From Lachnospiraceae bacterium (lineage in GTDB: Bacteria; Bacillota; Clostridia; Lachnospirales; Lachnospiraceae), in assembly GCA_030523275.1 (NCBI GenBank), contig JAUNIX010000003.1, positions 67,452 to 131,451 on the forward strand: 64,000 bases of DNA, written 5' to 3'. The number at the start of each line of letters is the position of its first letter. Within the stretch, counting starts at the first letter, position 1. Shown here in pieces: positions 28,645 through 38,111 of the stretch. A model generated the notes under the pieces. It was not told where the DNA came from. It worked only from the letters and a program-made list of their open reading frames with translations, and ran no database searches. The position numbers and the translations under genes were made by a program.

Positions 28645-29736
28645 ATGGACAAAAAAATGTATGATTTATTAAACAATGTCGATATAGATTTCGATCAATA
28701 TGAAGAAATTCCATTATCATCCGAAGAAAAAGAGGTAATGAAAAGCCAAGTATTAAAGGAGATAGGGAATATGAAAGATAATAAAAAGAGAAAGAAAATA
28801 AGTTGGCCGGCAAAACGTATGATAGCTGCCGTTCTCTGTATGGCAATCTTAATCACTGGAACAGTCGGAGCAAGTGCTTCCGGTTATTTGGGACAGGTTT
28901 CCGAAGCCTTCAAAAATGTTTTTCATTTGGATGATAAGACATCAAAGGTAGCTGATGAAGAGGGAAGTATGATTGGTAAATCTGTGACTGACAATGGAAT
29001 TAAGATTACGTTAGATGCAATCATGGGGGATTCCTATCGCTTTGCTCTTGTTTATACAATTGAAAAAGAAGATGGATCAGTGTTTGATTCGTTAATGAAA
29101 AAGAAAATGGAAACGATGGCATTTAAAAGCGAAAGTATGCACATGGGCAAAATATCTGTATTTTCCGGTTCAGAATATTTTTATGATGCCGATCCAAAAG
29201 ATAATGCATTACAATACGTACGTATTTGTGTTGGCAAGGATAAAATAAAAAGTGGTATGATGCTCAATATTAAGTTAAAGGATATCATTAATTTGGGGAC
29301 GGAAAAAAAAGAAGATGAATTACTAGCAAAGGGCGAATGGAAATTTAACGTTCCTTTGCAATATGAAAATCAGTCAAAAAATATTGCTTCTGGTCAGTCG
29401 ATTGATGTGGATGGAATCTGTCTTAAACTGAATAACTTCAGTGTTTCTTCACTTGGTATTTATCTGGAATGTATGCCAGATAATAAAGATATAGATAGAA
29501 ATACGGACGTATCTGATGCACATCCATATTGGGTGGCATTTGAGAAAATTGAAAGTATCACATTGACATTTAAAGATGGTAAAACGATGATCTGTAAAGA
29601 TGGTGTGAACGGAGCTTTTTCAGATGAAAATGACAAAATAAACTACTTTACAAATATGACATACGATAAACTCATTGACATGGATCAACTCGACTATGTT
29701 ACCATCCACGATATGAAGTTTAATGTCAATAAATGA
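28645..29736 (+). CDS. anti-sigma factor-like membrane protein (DUF4179-like architecture)
   Basis: ATG at 28645, 10 nt after AAAGGAG. Short cytoplasmic N-terminus, TM segment MIAAVLCMAILITGTVGA, and a large extracytoplasmic domain. Confidence 0.55.
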   Translation: MDKKMYDLLNNVDIDFDQYEEIPLSSEEKEVMKSQVLKEIGNMKDNKKRKKISWPAKRMIAAVLCMAILITGTVGASASGYLGQVSEAFKNVFHLDDKTSKVADEEGSMIGKSVTDNGIKITLDAIMGDSYRFALVYTIEKEDGSVFDSLMKKKMETMAFKSESMHMGKISVFSGSEYFYDADPKDNALQYVRICVGKDKIKSGMMLNIKLKDIINLGTEKKEDELLAKGEWKFNVPLQYENQSKNIASGQSIDVDGICLKLNNFSVSSLGIYLECMPDNKDIDRNTDVSDAHPYWVAFEKIESITLTFKDGKTMICKDGVNGAFSDENDKINYFTNMTYDKLIDMDQLDYVTIHDMKFNVNK

Positions 29737-29880
29737 TAATAACAAATATGGAAATTTTGTTTACAGAATTAAGTAGAGCTTGTGTATAAATTATAAAAAG
29801 AACAGATTTTTGTGAAAAAATGTGATATAATTATCAGAACGAAAATAATTCAGAATATGAATTTTTAAAGGAGGCTGTTA

Positions 29881-30750
29881 ATGATGGATTATAGACAGAT
29901 GATTAATCAGAAATATTCTGTTCGAGATTACAAAGAAAAGAAAGTTGATGCAAAGACGGCAAAAGAGATTCGCGATTACGCAAATCGTTGTCCCAAATTG
30001 GTGGATGACATCGCAGTAGACATTCGTTTTATGGACAATGATGACGTTTATCGTCAGATTGATGGCTTTGCAGGATATAAAGGGATTTTGATCAATGCTC
30101 CGCATTATGCAATTCTTCTTTCTGAAAAGAAAGAACATTATATCGAAAATGCAGGCTATGTTGGAGAGGGAATCTGCTTAAAAGCACAGGAACTTGGAGT
30201 TAACTCTTGCTGGATCACATTTAAAGATAGCAAGACAATCATTCACAAGTTAAATATTGTCACAGATAAAGAAGTTGTGGGAATCATTGCTCTTGGATAC
30301 GGCAAGAAAACAAGAAAGTTGACAACAGGAGCAATAAAGACCGGAGGTAACTATACACAGGCGAATATGAATCGTAAGAAAGAAACAGGTGCTGGTCGAA
30401 TTCCACTTCAGCAGATTGTATACATTGATCAATGGGGCAAGGAAGCAGATGTAGATGCACTTATGGAGCGTGCTTTATACGATCCAATGGATTATGCAAG
30501 AAGAGCACCATCTACCTTAAACCGTCAGCCATGGAGATTTATCATTGATGGTGCAAAGATTATTTTAACCGTTCGTGATGATGAAGAAACCAACGAATAT
30601 GAAGAACAGATTGATGCAGGAATCGCAATGTTATACTTTGAAGGTGTGATTGAACAGAGTCTTTGCAGTATCCAGTGGAAACTGGGAGCAGTAGACAATG
30701 CTTACAATATTCCAGACAATTATAAAATTGTAGCATCTTGTGAAGTATAA
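29881..30750 (+). CDS. nitroreductase family protein
   Basis: KYSVRDYKEKKVD at the N-terminus and PSTLNRQPWRF in the second half. Confidence 0.65.
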   Translation: MMDYRQMINQKYSVRDYKEKKVDAKTAKEIRDYANRCPKLVDDIAVDIRFMDNDDVYRQIDGFAGYKGILINAPHYAILLSEKKEHYIENAGYVGEGICLKAQELGVNSCWITFKDSKTIIHKLNIVTDKEVVGIIALGYGKKTRKLTTGAIKTGGNYTQANMNRKKETGAGRIPLQQIVYIDQWGKEADVDALMERALYDPMDYARRAPSTLNRQPWRFIIDGAKIILTVRDDEETNEYEEQIDAGIAMLYFEGVIEQSLCSIQWKLGAVDNAYNIPDNYKIVASCEV

Positions 30751-30767
30751 AAGATATAAAGTTTTAT

Positions 30768-30803
30768 GAAAGGGTAATGCCAAAAGGGATTGCCCTTTCT
30801 TTT
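30768..30803. terminator. bidirectional terminator between convergent genes
   Basis: GAAAGGGTAATGCC pairs with GGGATTGCCCTTTC, followed by TTTT. Confidence 0.55.
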
Positions 30804-30821
30804 GTGTATAAATCGATTATC

Positions 30822-31694
30822 TTATGGTAATTCATCTAAATGGGAGCGAAGAAGCTCAATGAATTTTTTACAGGCAATCGGCAGACTTGCTTTATCCTTA
30901 TATCCAATGGCGATTGTTCTAGATATAGGAGGGGTTGTCTCACACAGTTTAATTTTATAATTGGTCCGATGTAGTACCAATTCTGCCAGAATACTAACTC
31001 CAAGGCCGGCTTCGACCATCGTCATGATGGCATAATCATCGTGAATCGTGTATTTGATATTAGGGGATACCCCTATTGATTGAAAGGCTTCTAAAGGTTC
31101 ATAATAATGACCTTCTTCCAGAAGGATAAAAGGTTCTGATGCCAATGCTTCTAAAGGAATCGCTTCATCTGTTGTTGCGAGTGAATGTTTTTCTGGTAAA
31201 ACAGCAAGCATTGCGCCTTCCTTTAGTACCATTGTTTCAATACCAGTAACCGCTTTTGGGTTGACGAAGCCAAAATCAATGGCACCTGTCTTGATCCATT
31301 CAAGAATTGACGTGTAATCTCCTTGATGAATGACAAATTCAACTTTCGGATATTGTTCCTGAAATTCCTTTAATAGACCTGGTAACCAATGTGCAGAAAT
31401 ACTGGCAAGTGTTCCCATACGTATGATACCGGTTTCTAGTCCTTTGATTTCTTTTGTTTTTTCCTGCACCGAATCATATTGATAAATCAATTGTTCGATT
31501 TGCGGATAAATTTCTTTTCCTTCAAGTGTAAGTTTCGCTCCGGTACGAAAACGATTTACTAGCTTGATTGACATTTCATCTTCTAAAGAAGCTATCATTT
31601 GACTCAGTGCTGACTGAGAGTAGCCCATTGCTTCGGCAGCTTTTGAAAAACTTCCAAGTTCTACTATTTTTTGAAGAGCAATATATCGATTCAT
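30822..31694 (-). CDS. LysR family transcriptional regulator
   Basis: N-terminal HTH (LQKIVELGSFSKAAEAMGYSQSALSQMIASLE) plus a LysR substrate-binding domain. Confidence 0.85.
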   Translation of the reverse strand: MNRYIALQKIVELGSFSKAAEAMGYSQSALSQMIASLEDEMSIKLVNRFRTGAKLTLEGKEIYPQIEQLIYQYDSVQEKTKEIKGLETGIIRMGTLASISAHWLPGLLKEFQEQYPKVEFVIHQGDYTSILEWIKTGAIDFGFVNPKAVTGIETMVLKEGAMLAVLPEKHSLATTDEAIPLEALASEPFILLEEGHYYEPLEAFQSIGVSPNIKYTIHDDYAIMTMVEAGLGVSILAELVLHRTNYKIKLCETTPPISRTIAIGYKDKASLPIACKKFIELLRSHLDELP

Positions 31695-31794
31695 AACTTA
31701 AGATTTCCTTATACTAATATTAGATAATTTCGTTTTACTTATTATATTTACAAGTATATACTAAAGAAAAAAGAAACACAAGGAGCGAAGGAAC

Positions 31795-32124
31795 ATGAAC
31801 GAGAGAACAGTTGTAAAAAAAGAAGAAGCATTAAAGAGAGAGTTTAAAGGTGTAAATTTAGATACTTTGGCAGTCGGAGAAAAGTCCATGGTGACAAAAA
31901 TGAATTATGTTGTTGGAAATTATGCCACTGAGCATACGCATCCACATGAACAATGTGGCTATGTGATTTCAGGAGAATACCTTATGACTGTAGAAGAGAA
32001 AGAATTCATTTTACAACCAGGGGACAGTTATGCAGTGCCGGGAAATGTACGCCATTCGTTTAAGGTATTAAAAGCTGGAGAAGTAATTGATGTATTCACA
32101 CCGCACAGAAAGGATTACTTATAA
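31795..32124 (+). CDS. cupin domain protein
   Basis: 109 aa with the HTHPHEQ...G...PGNVRH cupin motifs. Divergent from the LysR gene. Confidence 0.7.
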   Translation: MNERTVVKKEEALKREFKGVNLDTLAVGEKSMVTKMNYVVGNYATEHTHPHEQCGYVISGEYLMTVEEKEFILQPGDSYAVPGNVRHSFKVLKAGEVIDVFTPHRKDYL

Positions 32125-32586
32125 ATGAAAGTAATAGAATATCAGGAAAAATATAAAGCAGATTTTATTCAGTTTAATACCGATTGGATTGTTGACAATT
32201 TTGGTTTTTTAGAACCGGAAGATCGAGAAACATTTGAACATATAGAAGATAGTCTTGTACAGGGAGGTATGATTTTCTTTGCTGTAGAAGATGAGGTAGT
32301 TTTGGCAACCTGTATGGCAAAACCGCTCAATGATGATGGTGTATGGGAACTTTGCAAGATGGGTTCGAATAAACAGGTGTCCCATAAAGGTGCAGGCAGT
32401 GCGGTCTTTGAAGCATCTATGAACTGGGCAATTGATCATGGAGCAAAAAAATTGTTTATTCTGTCGAATAGTAAATTAAAAGCGGCGTTACATATTTATG
32501 AGAAATATGGTTTCCAAGAAATAAAATTAAATGATTATGAATATGTCCGTGGCGATATTGCATTTGAATATGAAGTTTTGAGATAG
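32125..32586 (+). CDS. GNAT family N-acetyltransferase
   Basis: VSHKGAGSAVFEASMNWA (acetyl-CoA-binding motif A-like) and YEKYGF. Confidence 0.7.
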   Translation: MKVIEYQEKYKADFIQFNTDWIVDNFGFLEPEDRETFEHIEDSLVQGGMIFFAVEDEVVLATCMAKPLNDDGVWELCKMGSNKQVSHKGAGSAVFEASMNWAIDHGAKKLFILSNSKLKAALHIYEKYGFQEIKLNDYEYVRGDIAFEYEVLR

Positions 32587-32616
32587 ACAAAAAACTTAGT
32601 ATGAGTTATAATAAAT

Positions 32617-32682
32617 ACAGATAATATTTTATCTAAAATTGCGTATAATTAATAAAAATAGATAAAATATTATCTGTTTTTT
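32617..32682 (+). terminator. perfect 19-bp stem terminator
   Basis: ACAGATAATATTTTATCTA (32617-32635) pairs with TAGATAAAATATTATCTGT (32659-32677), followed by TTTTT. Confidence 0.7.
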
Positions 32683-32688
32683 GTTCCG

Positions 32689-32738
32689 CAGGGACTGAGG
32701 AATTTAGGGAGTTCGAGGCGAACTTGTTCGCTTTTGCT
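32689..32738. repeat. partial copy (module 3) of the composite intergenic repeat
   Basis: CAGGGACTGAGGAATTTAGGGAGTTCGAGGCGAACTTGTTCGCTTTTG is about 90% identical to 23172-23220. Confidence 0.7.
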
Positions 32739-32816
32739 CTTTTTAAAGTTGGGTAAAAAATAATGATAAGTATGGCTATTCAAGCACATTATTGAAAAAT
32801 AAATTGGAGAGAATAG

Positions 32817-33095
32817 ATGGAAGCATTGTTATGGGAAACACCGGAAGAGATAGATAAAGAACTTGCCATTCGGGTAAGAAGAATTCGTAAACGCCGACAA
32901 ATAACACAGGAAGTATTAAGTCGGATGAGTGGAGTAAGTTATGGTTCGATTAAGCGTTTTGAAACAACGGGAAAAATATCTTTATTATCATTGACTAAGA
33001 TAGCATTGGCACTTGATTGTGCTAACGAGATTAAAGATATGTTTACAGAAGTTCCATATCGAAGCATTGAGGAGGTTATCAATGAGAACAAATAA
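32817..33095 (+). CDS. hipB: HipB-like XRE family antitoxin/regulator
   Basis: 92 aa with HTH region RKRRQITQEVLSRMSGVSYGSIKRFE. Overlaps hipA by 14 nt. Confidence 0.7.
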   Translation: MEALLWETPEEIDKELAIRVRRIRKRRQITQEVLSRMSGVSYGSIKRFETTGKISLLSLTKIALALDCANEIKDMFTEVPYRSIEEVINENK

Positions 33096-34218
33096 AAGGT
33101 TACAAGTTTTTTATAAAGATCAAATGGTGGGAACACTTGCGTTGACAAATGATAAAAAAGTTGCATTTGAATATGACAGTAGATGGATAAAAAATGGATT
33201 TTCAATCAGTCCGTTTTCACTACCTTTGAAAAGACAGGTATTTCTTCCGACAAAGCCATATTTTAATGGCTTGTTTGGTGTGTTTGCAGATAGTTTGCCA
33301 GATGCATGGGGAAATATTTTGCTTGATAGATTATTAAAACGAAATGGTATTCGTATTGATCAGTTAACGGTTTTAGATCGTTTGGCGATTGTGGGAAATT
33401 CAGGTATGGGGGCTCTAACTTACCAACCAGAAATGTCAATTGAGACAGAAGATAGGAAATTAGATTTAGATTATCTGGCAGAAGAGTGTCAAAAAATTCT
33501 GATGACAGAATATGCAGAGGATTTGGATGAATTATATAGATTAGGTGGAACAAGTGGTGGAGCCAGACCTAAAATTTTAACTCAAATAGATGGTGAAGAA
33601 TGGATTATAAAATTTCCAGCACATGTTGATAGAGAAAATGCGGGTCAAATGGAATACGATTATGCTATATGTGCTGGGAAATGTGGAATTGTCATGTCAG
33701 AGACACGTTTATTTCCTTCGAAAAAATGTCCCGGATATTTTGGAACAAAACGTTTTGATAGAATTCATGAAGAAAATGGAATAAACAAGAAAATTCATAT
33801 GTTGACAGCCGCGGCTCTTTTAGAATTAGATTTTGAGCAGCCAAGTTTGGATTATCATAGTTTAATGAAATTAACGAACATATTAACTAGAAATCAAGAA
33901 ATGGATATGGAAAATATGTTTCGAAGGATGTGTTTTAATGTATTTGCTCACAACAGAGATGATCATTCTAAGAATTTTACTTATCTCTATGATGATAAGG
34001 CAGATCAATGGAGACTAAGTCCTGCTTATGATTTAACATATAGTAATACTTACTATGGAGAGCATACGACTATGATAGATGGAAATGGACTAGATCCTGG
34101 TAAAAAAGAACTACTAAGAGTTGGGATGGAAGCAGGATTAAACGAGAAAAGATGTAAAAAAATCATTGATGAAGTTAAAGTTTGTATAGAAAATGAATTA
34201 AGTATATACTTAACATAA
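33082..34218 (+). CDS. hipA: type II toxin HipA family serine/threonine kinase
   Basis: ORF 33013-34218; ATG at 33082 after GGAGG. Motifs GGTSGGARPK, HNRDDHSKNF and SPAYDL. Confidence 0.85.
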   Translation: MRTNKRLQVFYKDQMVGTLALTNDKKVAFEYDSRWIKNGFSISPFSLPLKRQVFLPTKPYFNGLFGVFADSLPDAWGNILLDRLLKRNGIRIDQLTVLDRLAIVGNSGMGALTYQPEMSIETEDRKLDLDYLAEECQKILMTEYAEDLDELYRLGGTSGGARPKILTQIDGEEWIIKFPAHVDRENAGQMEYDYAICAGKCGIVMSETRLFPSKKCPGYFGTKRFDRIHEENGINKKIHMLTAAALLELDFEQPSLDYHSLMKLTNILTRNQEMDMENMFRRMCFNVFAHNRDDHSKNFTYLYDDKADQWRLSPAYDLTYSNTYYGEHTTMIDGNGLDPGKKELLRVGMEAGLNEKRCKKIIDEVKVCIENELSIYLT

Positions 34219-34243
34219 AAAATTTAAAAAGTGGGGTATTGTT

Positions 34244-34645
34244 ATGAAAAATTTGAAGAAACTGGCAGCATTGTTGTGCGTTCTGATCGTTACCTTTTTT
34301 GGTGGTTATATCACATTAGATAGCAGTCATACGAGCGATACAGCCGAAAAGACAGCCATTGAATCAACGGTCGAGTCAAATCTGACTTTTCGCAATGATA
34401 AGTTGTTAAACGAACATTATCAAAAGCATGGAAAAGATATGGGATTTTCGTCAGCAGAAGAATATCAAAAAGCTGCCAATGCAGTGGTTGCCAATGAAGA
34501 TGCTCTTCATAAAGAGGAAAAAGAAGATGGAGATGATGTGTATTATTTGGAGGATACGAATGAGTTTGTTATTGTTTCCACGGATGGTTATTTAAGAACT
34601 TATTTTTATCCAAATGATGGGATCAAATATTACAATCGTCAGTAA
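34244..34645 (+). CDS. signal-anchored 133-aa protein of unknown function
   Basis: N-terminal TM/signal segment LAALLCVLIVTFFGG. C-terminal region HYQKHGKDMGFSSAEEYQKAA...FVIVSTDGYLRTYFYP. Confidence 0.5.
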   Translation: MKNLKKLAALLCVLIVTFFGGYITLDSSHTSDTAEKTAIESTVESNLTFRNDKLLNEHYQKHGKDMGFSSAEEYQKAANAVVANEDALHKEEKEDGDDVYYLEDTNEFVIVSTDGYLRTYFYPNDGIKYYNRQ

Positions 34646-34780
34646 GGTAAAAATGTGTTGATTCCAATGATCTTTCTGTGAAAAGGAAAAGTATTGTGTG
34701 ATTAGCAATGCTTTTGATAAATAAAATCTCAACAAGAAAGCTATACTAAAAAATAAGAGATGTCATAGAAAGGGGAAATT

Positions 34781-35743
34781 GTGATGAAACAATGTGAAAA
34801 GACGAATTTACGTAAAGTAGCAATGATTGGTTGTGGTTTTGTCGGTTCGGCCTCGGCATTTAGTTTGATGCAGAGCGGACTTTTTTCAGAAATGGTTTTG
34901 ATCGATGCCAATAAAGAGAAAGCAGAGGGTGAAGCGATGGATATCAGTCATGGAATCCTGTTTGCCAGACCGATGAAGATATACGCTGGGGATTATGATG
35001 ATATTGCAGATGCGGCGATTATCGTGATCACAGCCGGAGCGAATCAAAAACCGGGTGAGACGAGGCTGGATCTGGTTCATAAAAACGTTGCTATTTTCAA
35101 ATCGATTATTCCAGAAATTGTAAAACGAGATTTCCACGGAATTTTACTGATCGTGGCAAATCCGGTTGATATTTTGACCCATGTAGCCTTAAAGTTATCC
35201 GGCTACCCGGAAAATCGAGTGATTGGTTCCGGAACTGTGCTGGATACGGGACGGTTAAAATACGAGTTGGGGAAACATCTCGGTGTGGACAGTCGCAGTG
35301 TACATTCGTTTATTATCGGTGAGCATGGGGACAGCGAGATTGCTGCTTGGAGCAGTACCAATATCACCGGCATTTCGTTAAACGATTTCTGTGAGATGCG
35401 AGGACACTTTGAACATGATAAAGCGACGTATGAGATTGCAGAGAAAGTAAAAAATAGTGCTTACGAGATTATCAAGAGAAAAGATGCAACGTACTATGGA
35501 ATTGCGATGGCAGTCAAGCGAATTTGTGAAGTGATCATGAGAGATGAAAAGGCAATTTTACCGGTATCGGCAATGATGCACGGGGAATATGGTATTTCAG
35601 ATGTCGTCTTAAGCACACCGGCAATCATAGGAAAAAATGGTGTGGAAACAAAAGTAGCCATTTCCTTAAATGAAAAAGAAATGGCGGCCTTGCGAAAATC
35701 GGCCAAAACATTAAAAGATATTATAGAAGGTTGCGATATTTAG
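34781..35743 (+). CDS. ldh: L-lactate dehydrogenase
   Basis: KVAMIGCGFVGSA, ITAGANQKPGETRLDL and IIGEHGDS (catalytic His). Confidence 0.9.
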   Translation: MMKQCEKTNLRKVAMIGCGFVGSASAFSLMQSGLFSEMVLIDANKEKAEGEAMDISHGILFARPMKIYAGDYDDIADAAIIVITAGANQKPGETRLDLVHKNVAIFKSIIPEIVKRDFHGILLIVANPVDILTHVALKLSGYPENRVIGSGTVLDTGRLKYELGKHLGVDSRSVHSFIIGEHGDSEIAAWSSTNITGISLNDFCEMRGHFEHDKATYEIAEKVKNSAYEIIKRKDATYYGIAMAVKRICEVIMRDEKAILPVSAMMHGEYGISDVVLSTPAIIGKNGVETKVAISLNEKEMAALRKSAKTLKDIIEGCDI

Positions 35744-35840
35744 GTTATCGTGAAAAAGGCGTATTACAAAATGGATGTAATATGCCTTTTGTGTTATAAT
35801 AAAAAATAGAAGTTTAATCTATTAGAAATGAGGAAAAATT

Positions 35841-36488
35841 ATGTCGAAAATACATATGGAAAGTGTGGAGTGTGTTGCCTGTGGCAAGGAATCTCCACAT
35901 CGTTTTTGGGATATTATTGATCCAATGATGAATCAGGAAACGAAAAAGAAGGTGTTAAGTGGGGAAATCTTTACGTTTACATGTCCACATTGTGGATTTC
36001 AACGACGTGTGACGTACGATACGATTTATCAGGAAATGGGAAAAGGCAGATATTTTCATCTGGTAACTTCCGAAGACAGTTATATGCAGGCAATCAATCT
36101 GTATGCAGATCGTGATCAACATAGCGGAACGGTGCTGGCAAATGAAATCGTGAGAATTGTCTTATCACAAAATCAGTTGGCAGAAAAAATCCGTATCTTT
36201 GATGAGGGATTGGATGATCGGATTGTGGAATTGATCAAAGCCTTTTATTTGGGTGAATTATATAAGCAGATTCCCGATCTTAATGTTGAAGAAGTGCTGT
36301 TTTATGCAAATGCAGATGGACAATATGAGATTGCCTTTTTATCTGCCGATGGAGATCATCGGACGATTACTTTTACAAGAGAAATGTATGACGGTATTTA
36401 CGAAGATATAGGCCGTAGATTGCCACCAATCTATCAGGAAATCGAAGTAGATATGGAGACTGCAACGGAATATTTAGAGTATTTGTGA
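35841..36488 (+). CDS. CpXC domain-containing protein
   Basis: CVACGKE...CPHCG zinc-ribbon pairs at the N-terminus. Confidence 0.6.
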   Translation: MSKIHMESVECVACGKESPHRFWDIIDPMMNQETKKKVLSGEIFTFTCPHCGFQRRVTYDTIYQEMGKGRYFHLVTSEDSYMQAINLYADRDQHSGTVLANEIVRIVLSQNQLAEKIRIFDEGLDDRIVELIKAFYLGELYKQIPDLNVEEVLFYANADGQYEIAFLSADGDHRTITFTREMYDGIYEDIGRRLPPIYQEIEVDMETATEYLEYL

Positions 36489-36518
36489 TGGAGTGACAGA
36501 TAGGAGAAAGGATTTACG

Positions 36519-37325
36519 ATGAGAAGAAAATGGCTGATTGCAGTTTTTTGCATTATAGCTGTCATGATTCTTTGTGTTGGATGTGGCAAGGAATCAGAAG
36601 AAAGTACAGTTACCGAGGAAGAAAAGACAACAGAAGCGACTGAGGAGAAACTAAAAAATGTCACACTTTTTATCGGTAAACAAGATGATTTTGGCAAGTA
36701 CAACTGGCTAGTGAAAGAAAATGAAACGGTAACACCTGATTTGCTGATTCAGGCGATTGCCGATACGACTGGATGGAAACTATCTTTGGCAAAAGAAGTA
36801 GAAGAAAATGATGATGGTTACATTGTCAGATTTTCCAAAGACTCCGTATTCTATACGGGACAGGGCACAGACGAGAACAATGAATTTTATATTCCGACAG
36901 AAGAAGATTTTTATAAAACAGTACTGGATAGTATTGTAAAGACTGTGAGTAAATACGATAAAGCGGACGCAGAATCTACGAACTTCTATTTTGGAGGTCC
37001 TGGTGAAGATGATTTGCTCTTAAAAGGAATTAATACGACTTTGCCGGTAACGACAGCATATAATGGAACGTTGCCACAATCTCATCGCAGTCGAATTCTT
37101 AGAGGTGCCAATACGACATCGTACGACATTGATTGTGTCTTCTTAGAAATGTCAGGCGATGAGACAGTCAAACTGGAAATCGATGGAGAAGAACAGATTT
37201 GTTCTGTTACTTACACTGCTTTAAAACCGATTTTCCAACGATCAGTCAAAGGAAGACAAATGCATGTCCGAATTACGGAGGATTTGGATACGGAAGAAAA
37301 GTTAATTGTAAAAATATATTATTAA
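36519..37325 (+). CDS. lipoprotein of unknown function
   Basis: Lipobox ILCVGCGKES followed by an acidic linker. Confidence 0.55.
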   Translation: MRRKWLIAVFCIIAVMILCVGCGKESEESTVTEEEKTTEATEEKLKNVTLFIGKQDDFGKYNWLVKENETVTPDLLIQAIADTTGWKLSLAKEVEENDDGYIVRFSKDSVFYTGQGTDENNEFYIPTEEDFYKTVLDSIVKTVSKYDKADAESTNFYFGGPGEDDLLLKGINTTLPVTTAYNGTLPQSHRSRILRGANTTSYDIDCVFLEMSGDETVKLEIDGEEQICSVTYTALKPIFQRSVKGRQMHVRITEDLDTEEKLIVKIYY

Positions 37326-37537
37326 AAATGATACAAATAGTCTCAAAATTTAGATGTACTAAGTTTTGGGGCTATTATTATGTGATGAATGATTTTCTGG
37401 CACCATAATAATTTTAAAAACTGGATGTTTTAAATGAGCCAAACTTCTGCTAGTTTAGATACAAGCAATCTTATAGGATTCATTGGTATATCCAAGATGG
37501 ATTTATACATTTATGAAAAATGAAAGAGGTAGGGATT

Positions 37538-38062
37538 ATGAAAAACAAAGAAAATATTCAGTTTTTAACGTTGACAGCTATGGGCATCGCATTGGTGTAT
37601 GTATTTACGGCATTTGTAAATGTGCGTTTGCCAATTGCAGCAAATGGTGGGTTGATTCATTTAGGTAATGTGCCATTATTTATTTTTGCAATGTTATTTG
37701 GTAAGAAAACAGGTGCAATTGCCGGCGGTATCGGTATGGGACTTTTTGATTTATTGTCCGGATGGACTTTATGGGCACCGTTTACACTTGTAATCGTAGG
37801 TCTCATGGGATATGTCGTTGGTGCAATCTGCGAAAAACATACCGGTTATAACTGGAAATTAGTAGCAATGGTAATTGCTTGCGTGATCAAAGTAATCGGA
37901 TATTATATCGCAGAAATTGTTATTTATGGAAATTTCTTTGCACCAGTTGCTTCCATACCGGGAAACTTAGTTCAAATTGGTGTGGCAGTGGCAGTTGTCT
38001 GTGTTGTCATTCGCCCGATTGAAGTGGCAGCAAGCAAAATTGGTATTCGTCAGTTTGCATAA
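37538..38062 (+). CDS. ECF transporter S component (substrate unknown)
   Basis: ATG at 37538 after AAAGAGGTAGGG. About 175 aa with 6 TM segments and the LTLTAMGIALVYV start typical of S components. Confidence 0.6.
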   Translation: MKNKENIQFLTLTAMGIALVYVFTAFVNVRLPIAANGGLIHLGNVPLFIFAMLFGKKTGAIAGGIGMGLFDLLSGWTLWAPFTLVIVGLMGYVVGAICEKHTGYNWKLVAMVIACVIKVIGYYIAEIVIYGNFFAPVASIPGNLVQIGVAVAVVCVVIRPIEVAASKIGIRQFA

Positions 38063-38111
38063 TGTATCTGTAAGAGAAAAAGATAGAGTGGGGAAACGGA
38101 GGCATAAAAAG

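Noticed and set aside
37330-37537. Riboswitch upstream of the ECF S component.
   Set aside because: No known riboswitch core could be recognised by eye. This is kept only as an open question within the finding on that locus.
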